NCBI RefSeq assembly: GCF_001194135.2
Contig: NC_068992.1
Coordinates: forward strand, 47,738,610-47,802,609
From: Octopus bimaculoides
Lineage: Eukaryota
DNA length: 64,000 nucleotides
Direction of reading: 5' to 3'
The notes under the pieces are model-generated. The model worked only from the letters and a program-made list of their open reading frames with translations. It had not been told where the DNA came from and ran no database searches. A program made the position numbers and the translations under genes. Position 1 is the stretch's first letter. Every line of letters begins with the position of its first letter. This document shows, one piece after another, positions 55,700-64,000 of this stretch.

Positions 55700-56080
55700 A
55701 CTGGGTTCTCATGCTTGTGTAGCATAGTGCAGAGTTCTGTTGCCAGACATAGGTTCTTCTAACACCACCCTCTTGACCCAGGATAACACTACCTCCTCCA
55801 GGCACTTGGTGTAGGCCTCTGTGTTGAGTCTGAGACTGTGTTGGAAGATGAATAGAGGCATAACATTGCCAGCACGAGTGATGACTCCAAATACCATGAT
55901 GTTGACTGGATGTTTGATTTTTATCACTCTCGGTACATGTCCTCAGTTTGACACACAAGTACTCCAAAATAGTTCTATTAGAGCCTCCAGCACGAATGCC
56001 AAGCAGTGCAGCATTTTGTTTTCAAATTTCTGGCAGAGTGAATTGCATCATGAGGCTGTTTTTCTCTACTATACTGTGTA
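55700..56080 (-). mobile_element. Internally deleted Tc1/mariner-superfamily (DD37D-like) transposon remnant
   Basis: KHPVNIMVFGVITRAGNVMPLFIFQHSLRLNTEAYTKCLEEVVLSWVKRV, then a frameshifted YVWQQNSALCYTS (the QQD-x-A-P-x-H second catalytic motif, degenerate). Confidence 0.72.
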
Positions 56081-56162
56081 GTCGACAAAATCAAAAACAA
56101 ACAAAGTGCATGCGCAAAATTAAAAATATAAAATGGCAACAATTTACCCATCACACTCTGTA

Positions 56163-56217
<55 letters not shown>

Positions 56218-57925
56218 NNNNNNNNNNNNNNNNNNNNNNNNNNNNNNNNNNNNNNNNNNNNNNNNNNNNNNNNNNNNNNNNNNNNNNNNNNNNNNNNNNN
56301 NNNNNNNNNNNNNNNNNNNNNNNNNNNNNNNNNNNNNNNNNNNNNNNNNNNNNNNNNNNNNNNNNNNNNNNNNNNNNNNNNNNNNNNNNNNNNNNNNNNN
56401 NNNNNNNNNNNNNNNNNNNNNNNNNNNNNNNNNNNNNNNNNNNNNNNNNNNNNNNNNNNNNNNNNNNNNNNNNNNNNNNNNNNNNNNNNNNNNNNNNNNN
56501 NNNNNNNNNNNNNNNNNNNNNNNNNNNNNNNNNNNNNNNNNNNNNNNNNNNNNNNNNNNNNNNNNNNNNNNNNNNNNNNNNNNNNNNNNNNNNNNNNNNN
56601 NNNNNNNNNNNNNNNNNNNNNNNNNNNNNNNNNNNNNNNNNNNNNNNNNNNNNNNNNNNNNNNNNNNNNNNNNNNNNNNNNNNNNNNNNNNNNNNNNNNN
56701 NNNNNNNNNNNNNNNNNNNNNNNNNNNNNNNNNNNNNNNNNNNNNNNNNNNNNNNNNNNNNNNNNNNNNNNNNNNNNNNNNNNNNNNNNNNNNNNNNNNN
56801 NNNNNNNNNNNNNNNNNNNNNNNNNNNNNNNNNNNNNNNNNNNNNNNNNNNNNNNNNNNNNNNNNNNNNNNNNNNNNNNNNNNNNNNNNNNNNNNNNNNN
56901 NNNNNATATACATGAACTACCATTGAACTTCAAAAGCTCAAAGACAATATAATGTATTGGTATAGTTATTTTTTTATATATTATTTTTTTTATATATTAT
57001 TTTCTTCATTTTGTACTTCTTTGTAAAAAACATTTTCATTCTCCTTCTTGAAAATTTGCTTCGCAATGAAAGCCGGTTAGAAACCTTTATTAAAACATGC
57101 TTCCAATTTGAAATCTTTATTAAAACATACTTCCAATTGAGCATTCTGCCTTATTCTTCATTTTCCTATTATTTCTCCACGTGCGGTTAACACAACCCCA
57201 CTATTTACTGACTTATATATATATATATATATGCATACACACATATATATATGCAAACACACATACAAACACACACACACATACACACATCCACCCAACT
57301 CATGCTAACATAAGAATAAAGACATAAAAACAAAAGAATGAATGAATGAACAAGTTTGGCTTTTAAAATTAGTTAGACTCTTTAGTAATAACCTTTTCTA
57401 AATTTATATTTCATTTCTATATAATCTAACTAATAATTTTCATCTACTCCTAATGACTAGTATAGGTGGTGCTTTCTGATTACTTGATGTTAACATTTAA
57501 CTCTCTAATTTAATATTTTTAGTTTTAATTAACTAGCCTCACTTCACAGTAGCTTTGTACATTTGTCTAAATGCACATCTATTTTTATATTATTGCCAAG
57601 TCTATGTACAATTTTATGTGAAGTATTCTAGATGTGTGCCACCTACATTTTAAATAGCTTTCACTCATCCATGCAGAGAATGATGGTTTATAGTTTGTAA
57701 CATGTGTAACTATTGACCATTTAATTAAAAAATTTATAAATGGAATTGGAAAGTATTAATGAAAATAAAAGAATAGGGTGGGGAAATAAGGTCTCCCTGA
57801 AAGATTCTTCTTTTCTTAGAGGTTACCGCTGTCTTTTTGTTGTCCTTTTTAATTATTTTCTCTTATTCATAATTTAATGTGATTGATATTTTCTGACTTT
57901 GTATATAATGTGGTTATATGCTGTT

Positions 57926-58123
57926 TTAACTCTTTTGATATCATCTATCCAAAACCACCCCTGGTTGTATGATACAAACTTCATTTTTTTTTAGTCATCT
58001 AAATTTAAAACCTTCCATCAAAATTTCATGTTAATTTATGTTCCAAACATTGGCTTGATGAAGGCAAAATAATTTTACTAAATTCTTCATCATTTTCAAA
58101 ATTAATTGAAATAAAAGGGTTAA
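57926..58123. mobile_element. Second TTAA-flanked MITE family
   Basis: ttaactcttttgatatc ... gaaataaaagggttaa; a partial inverted homolog lies at ~1985-2125. Confidence 0.55.
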
Positions 58124-58591
58124 TAGTGAACTTAATTGTGTTTATGTTATGTCTCAAGCAACTACTATCTAGTACCTTCGGATGATCTCTACACGACGGC
58201 TACTCAACAGTTACTCCCACGGCTAGACTACCTCTATTTATATGCCTTGGGCGATCCTACTTCTTCGCTTGGGGGCGTCGACACAACAGTTTACAATATC
58301 CATGAGGTTAGTATGCTACTAAAGTCATGTTGGAAATCAATCCATGTCATACTTCAATTCCTTTTCTCTTTCTGCTCTCTTTAACAGCAGTTCAATTATT
58401 AATGTCTACATTTTACATCAATATGTCTTTTGAATAACACTTGTGATCTTCTAGTAGGGTCATGTTGTCTTCCAAGAGTCTTGGCATCAAGACTTCCCAT
58501 ATTGTTAAGAAACAGATTATTCTGTGTAACACTATTTTTGTCCTTGGGTAGCAACTGTTATTTTCTGTTTGCTTATCCCTAGAAAGCATGA

Positions 58592-58771
58592 ACTGCATCA
58601 TTCTCAGGTTATTTTTGTTTTAATTTGATGGAATGCTAGCAATAGCAAGCAGGCCTTTTTGTCAAAGATGAACATTTTTAAAGGGCACTTCTTCTGCCAC
58701 TCTTGTTACATGTAATTCATAGCTTGATCACATTAAACTCCTGCTATGACATTCCTCATCTATTCTCAGTT
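58592..58771. repeat. 180-bp direct duplication (second copy 60887-61066)
   Basis: actgcatcattctcaggttatttttg...attcctcat..ctcagtt occurs in both places with few mismatches. Confidence 0.85.
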
Positions 58772-59829
58772 CAAACTTAACTCTTGTTACATTTATTCAA
58801 ATTGTAAAGAATCTTTCTCAACACATGGCTGTCATGTTCCCCCACTACACTGCTCATGATCAGAGATGCACATATTGTCAGTCACTAATGTACATGCTCA
58901 AGGTCAAGCAACAAAGAAACAAATCCGTGGTATTGAACAGAATATTTGCTATAACAATATTTCTACTTCAGCAACTCAGTACTGAATCTGTCTGAAATTT
59001 AATATAAAGAAGGTCAGTTTCAAAACATTGATGTCCAGCTCACAAAAGCAAAGTTTGAAGGGAATAGTAGTCATTTCCTCTGCTTTCTCAATAGAGGCAA
59101 ATAGGAAATAGCACTTACTGACCAAAGACAAAAGAAAATATTTTGTTGCCCAGTGTTATTGGTTATGAAGATTTTAAGTTCCCTGGTGTGATTTTATTCT
59201 GATTTTCATTTTCATTATTTCTCCATCTAGTAACCAGCAGGGGTTCGTTTCTATGTGATGCATTGAAAAGCTGTCACAATCAGTTTCTTGCATGGTGGTA
59301 TACTGAAAGTCTGGCTGTCACATGTCAACAGACGTAATCTGGTAAATTGCAACACACTTTCACTGGTTGTTTTAGGTGCCCTTAGCAGGCTTGGAAAAAC
59401 CTCTCAACACCCCCACCCATGACCCAGAAAAACATAAAGAATATGGCAGATGAAGAAAGAGAGGAGGAGAGGGGAGAGATGCAGTAGCACTTGGCAAGTA
59501 TTCATTTTTATCTGTGTTGTCTGGAGCAATGTGAAATGAAGTCCCTCACTCCAGGACACAGTGTGCCACCCAATCAAGAAATCAAACTAACAATTTTATG
59601 ATCAGAAATCTACTAGGCCATGTGCCATCATGGAAGTACAGTATTTGAACCAATCTTCCATGAAAACATTCAGTCATAGGGAAATATTACCTTGCTTAGA
59701 CACAAATGAGGGTTAGTGCCAGGAAAGGTATCAGTCCACTCCACTGAAAATCTGCTCCATTTAATTCTGCCTAAACCATGCAAACATGGAAAAGCAAACA
59801 GTAAAATGAGAGTAATGATGATTGCATTC

Positions 59830-60330
59830 TGTATTTCTTTATATATTTGTTTTTATTTCTTTCTCTTCCGTATCAGAAAATTCCTTCCCAGTTTAACCGA
59901 AGATGGCTATTTTCTCTTTTTGATGACCTCATATATTTTTTTCCTGTTTCTTTTTCGATTGAATTCGCTGATGGCTGATGTGTTTCAATACAATTTAACT
60001 TAGCTTCCTTCAATTCCACCATCACTTACACAGTTTCATTCAGCAGAAAGAATTTCTGTGAGGATCGTATTATATTCGTCTATTATTTCCCACAGATATT
60101 TACTCATGAAGAGCTTGGGAACCTGTTTTTGATAATCCCAGTTTATTGATTTTCTTATGGTCACCTCTACAGTTCATTGTTTTTGTTAGCATTTCCACAT
60201 TGTTGACACAGCTTATTCTATTATGATGTGCGTTTAATCTGTTTGTTGCGGCTCTTCATAAAGATGATGCATATTTTTCTTGTTGCTCATTATTCCAATG
60301 CTTGTTTCCAATAGCTCTTGTTTAGTCATC
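59830..60330 (-). mobile_element. Heavily degraded RTE-like LINE, APE end to pre-RT linker
   Basis: Frameshifted pieces SCVNNVEMLTKTMNCRGDHKKINKLG (cf. the DCxSDH motif) and IYEVIK...TEEKEIK. Confidence 0.4.
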
Positions 60331-60423
60331 ACCGCTTTTTAGGATTTTAGTTTTGCTGCTTTCATTAGTTTGTGTGAGCTTTATCTATGCTTTATGTGGT
60401 CAATTTTGTTTTTCATATTACCC

Positions 60424-60482
<59 letters not shown>

Positions 60483-61639
60483 CTCTCTCTGTCTATATGT
60501 CTGTATATATATCTGCATATCTGTCTATCTATATATATGTGTGTGTGCAAATATGTATATGTGTGTGTGTGTGTGTGTGTGTGCTATATAATATGTGTGT
60601 GTGATTACACACACACACCTACACACATTTTGTTATAAGTTCTTTCTTGTTTCTAAGGTATTTTTTATTGTTTATAATAAATGTGTGTTATATTTACTAA
60701 TAATATTTGGTATTTTACATCTTCATTGTTTTTTTTTCTTTTCTACATCTCATACACCTTTCTTGTTTTTTTTTTTCTTTTTTATGGTACTGGTATTTTC
60801 TGGATATCATATTGCTGTAGAGTATGTATATAACACTTCACTTGAAGGCATTACTTTTCTTACTTCTTTTTTTTTTTTTTTTTTTGACTGCATCATTCTC
60901 AGGTTATTTTTGTTTTAATTTGATGGAATGCTAGCAATAGCAAGCGGGCCTTTTTGTCAAAGATGAACATTTTTAAAGGACACTTCTTCTGCCACTCTTG
61001 TTACATGTGATTCATAGCTTGATCACATTAAACTCCTGCTTCGACATTCCTCATATATCCTCAGTTAAAAGGTACCATTTTTATTGCAGTCTTTATTGTT
61101 GATCATCAATGATGTATTCTATAGCATTCAGCTTCTTTTAAGTCAAGTTCGTTTAGATTTATTTATATGTCCTACATTTTGTGATTGCACACATTACTTG
61201 TTACAGTAAACACAATATTTTATGCCACTTCAAGACAACGAAGACATAAAATAAATATTTGTTGTACTTACTGTAAGTCTAAATAACATCCCTATCTACT
61301 TGGATTGTAAATTTGCTTCTTAAGAGTGAATGTTGTTATTGGATATGTTATATTTTCTTATGGAGCACTGTTTTCTCAACCTTGTTGTCATTCAACCCAG
61401 AATCTACTTTTATTATTATTGCTACTATTATTATTGTCGTTTACTGCTGTTGTTTCTATTATCAACTTTCACTTTTCATCCTTTCGGATTGGGTGAAGTA
61501 CCAGTCAAGTGCTGGGGTCAATGTCTCTAAAATTTTGCTAGCCTTGTAGCAAAATTTAAAACTATTATTACTATAATTATTATTTACATTCTTCTTCTTC
61601 ATATTATTATTATTATTATTATCATCATTATTATTATTA

Positions 61640-62171
61640 AGTCAATGAGCTGGCAGAATCATTAGCACACCAAGCAAAATGCTTAGCAGCATTTTCTTCA
61701 TCTTTACATTATGAGTTCAAATTCCACCAGGGTCGACTTTGCCTTTTATTCTTACTGGGTTGACAAATTAAGTACCAGTTGCATACTGGGGTCAATATAA
61801 TCGAATATTCCCCTCCCACCAAATTTCAGGCTTTGTACCTTTAGTAGACAGGATTATTATCATTATCATCATAAGGCAGCGAGCTGGCAGAATCATTAGC
61901 ACACCGGGCAAAATGCTTAGTGGTTTTTCATCTGTCTTTATGTTCTGTGTTCAAATTCCACCAAGAATGGTAGAATAGTTAGCATGCTGAGCAAAATGCC
62001 TATCAGCGTTTCGTTCACCTTTATGTTCTGAGTTCAAACTCCACTGAGTTTCACTTTGCCTTTCATCTTTCAGCGTTGATAAAATAAGAACTAGTTAAAC
62101 ACTGGGGGTCATTGTAATTGGCTAACCCCGCTCACACAAAATTTCAGGCATTGTGCCAATAGTAGAAAGAA

Positions 62172-62175
<4 letters not shown>
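61640..62175 (+). mobile_element. Tandem family A SINE copies
   Basis: Units start at ~61640, ~61873 and ~61970, bounded by (ATT)n/(ATC)n. Confidence 0.8.
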
Positions 62176-62206
<31 letters not shown>

Positions 62207-62881
62207 CATCATTATCATCATGATCAATGTTTACAAAATGAGCAAACAACAATGTTTAAGAAAACAGTGCAACAAAGAATCGTTTGATTTTTAAAATACG
62301 TTAACTTCTCATAAACAGGATTTAATGATGAATAAAGTAACTAAAATTATAATTTGTATCAAGAAACAAAATATTTACATATAGAATTATCATGCAGTCC
62401 ATCGATGATGAGCTGCTTAGAAAATAACATTTCTTTTCATAATTTCATATTTTTACATCATCATCATTTTAACATTCACTTTTCCATGCTTCCATGGGTT
62501 GGCTAGAGTTTATTGAGGCAGATCTTCCATGGCCAGACACCCTTTCTGTTGCCTACTCATAACTTGTTTGATTCCAAGTGAGGTAATATTTTCCCCACAT
62601 GTGGATATGTTTCTGCAGAATACTAGAAATGGATGACATTCATTTACAATAATTTTGCAATGTTTAAGACAAGGTGATACAAGCATACACTTTCACACAA
62701 GCATATATTTAAACAATAGACTTCTTTCAATTTCCATCTCCCAAATTAACTTAAAAGCTTTGGTTGACTAGGGGCTAAAGTAGAAAACACACAGAAGGAT
62801 TGAACCCAAAACCACAAGGCTGGAAAGCAAGCTTTTCAATGATCCAGCCACATCTGTACCTTATCCACTTTGTGGATATCG

Positions 62882-63109
62882 TTAACCCTCTAACAATCAG
62901 ATTACTCCATCAAATCTAATGTTTGTTTATTTACCTTGTTTTGAATTAATCATGCATTATTTCATAGCAATGACATTTTGATGGTTGGGTTGTTTAGTTT
63001 TTGAAAGACTTTGTAGGGTAGGTGTGAGAAGTCAGATCTGTCCAGTTTGAACATAAAACAGGTAGAATTTTGGGGCTGGATATGGCTGGTTTAAGTGCTA
63101 AAGTGTTAA
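62882..63109. mobile_element. ~225-bp TTAA-flanked MITE (piggyBac-like ends)
   Basis: Ends ttaaccctctaacaatc ... aagtgctaaagtgttaa. Homologous copies at 10534-10760, 39491-39718 and 43015-43243. Confidence 0.65.
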
Positions 63110-64000
63110 TCATTGACTGGAGCAATATTTAAAAGTTTCCTTTTCTTACATCATCTTCTCACATACACACACATGCTTGTGTGTATGTGTGTGTGTGTGT
63201 GTATACCACACACACACATACACAGAAAGAGGATCCACCCACCACAACAGAATTGATATCGTAAAACCAAGGTGTCATGTAAAAAGCACCCAGTTCACTC
63301 TGTAAAGTGGTTGGCATTAAGAAGGGCATCCAGCTGTAGAAACCTGGCCAAAACAGACTATGAAACCTGGCCTTGCCAGTTCCTGTCTAGCTGTCCAACC
63401 CATGACAGCATGGAAAACAGACGTTGATGATGATGATGATTATATATAGATATGTATATGTGCATATGTGTGTGTGTGTATGTGCACACACACTATATCA
63501 TCTCATTAATACCAATTTATACACCCAAATCTTGATTGTTTTTCAAAATATTTGCATACACACATCTACAAGCACACATGCAGTCAACCAGACATACATA
63601 CATACATACATCACTTCAAGTCTTTCAGAGACCTAGTGTGTCTTATCTTGAAGAATGCAAGCAGTCTTAATCTGTTAATACCAGTTCTACTATAACAGGA
63701 TGGTGGTGGGCTAGTGGTGATAGTGGTGGTGGCAGCAGCAGCGGCGGTGGTGGTGGTGGTGGTGGTGGTGGTGGTGGTGGGGATGGTCAAACATTGTATA
63801 CATCAGCTACTTCCTTCCTTTCCTTCCCCCAACCTTATTTTGATAGCTGATTTGATAATTAAGCATCTAATTATATACACACACATGTAACACAAGCACA
63901 CATGCATGTATATCCATTCGCAGACAACACACATACATACACACAAACATCTATGTACATACATGCATATTTACACACACACATATATTTATATCATATT

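Noticed and set aside
273-63636. Numerous short ORFs rich in poly-I/N/Y/H/CV/YI
   Set aside because: They are translations of (AAT)n, (TA)n, (CA)n and (ATC)n microsatellites or of SINE sequence, with no domain signal.

Overview
AT-rich, microsatellite-saturated metazoan genomic DNA with about nine N gaps. The repeat landscape (tRNA-headed SINEs with (ATT)n tails, CORE-type SINEs, RTE LINE tails, (TA)n/(CA)n/(AAT)n arrays) suggests an octopod cephalopod; this is an inference. The only host gene I can support is on the minus strand. It is a two-Ig-domain Dpr/ZIG-8-like cell-surface protein with two internal exons: 43946-44156 (second half of Ig1) and 31559-31849 (complete Ig2), joined in frame across a ~12.1 kb intron. 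Its 5' exons and 3' end were not found with confidence, so most of the window is probably intron. The intronic DNA contains five fragments of R4/Dong-like non-LTR retrotransposons (restriction-like endonuclease, RLE), mostly abutting (AAT)n-type tracts. It also holds a minimal type I hammerhead ribozyme motif with a palindromic stem III, a 5S rRNA-derived segment, head-to-tail SINE trains, TTAA-flanked MITEs, mariner/Tc1 remnants and a 127-bp higher-order minisatellite. Most six-frame ORFs are microsatellite or N-gap artefacts. Repeat coordinates are approximate (read by eye).
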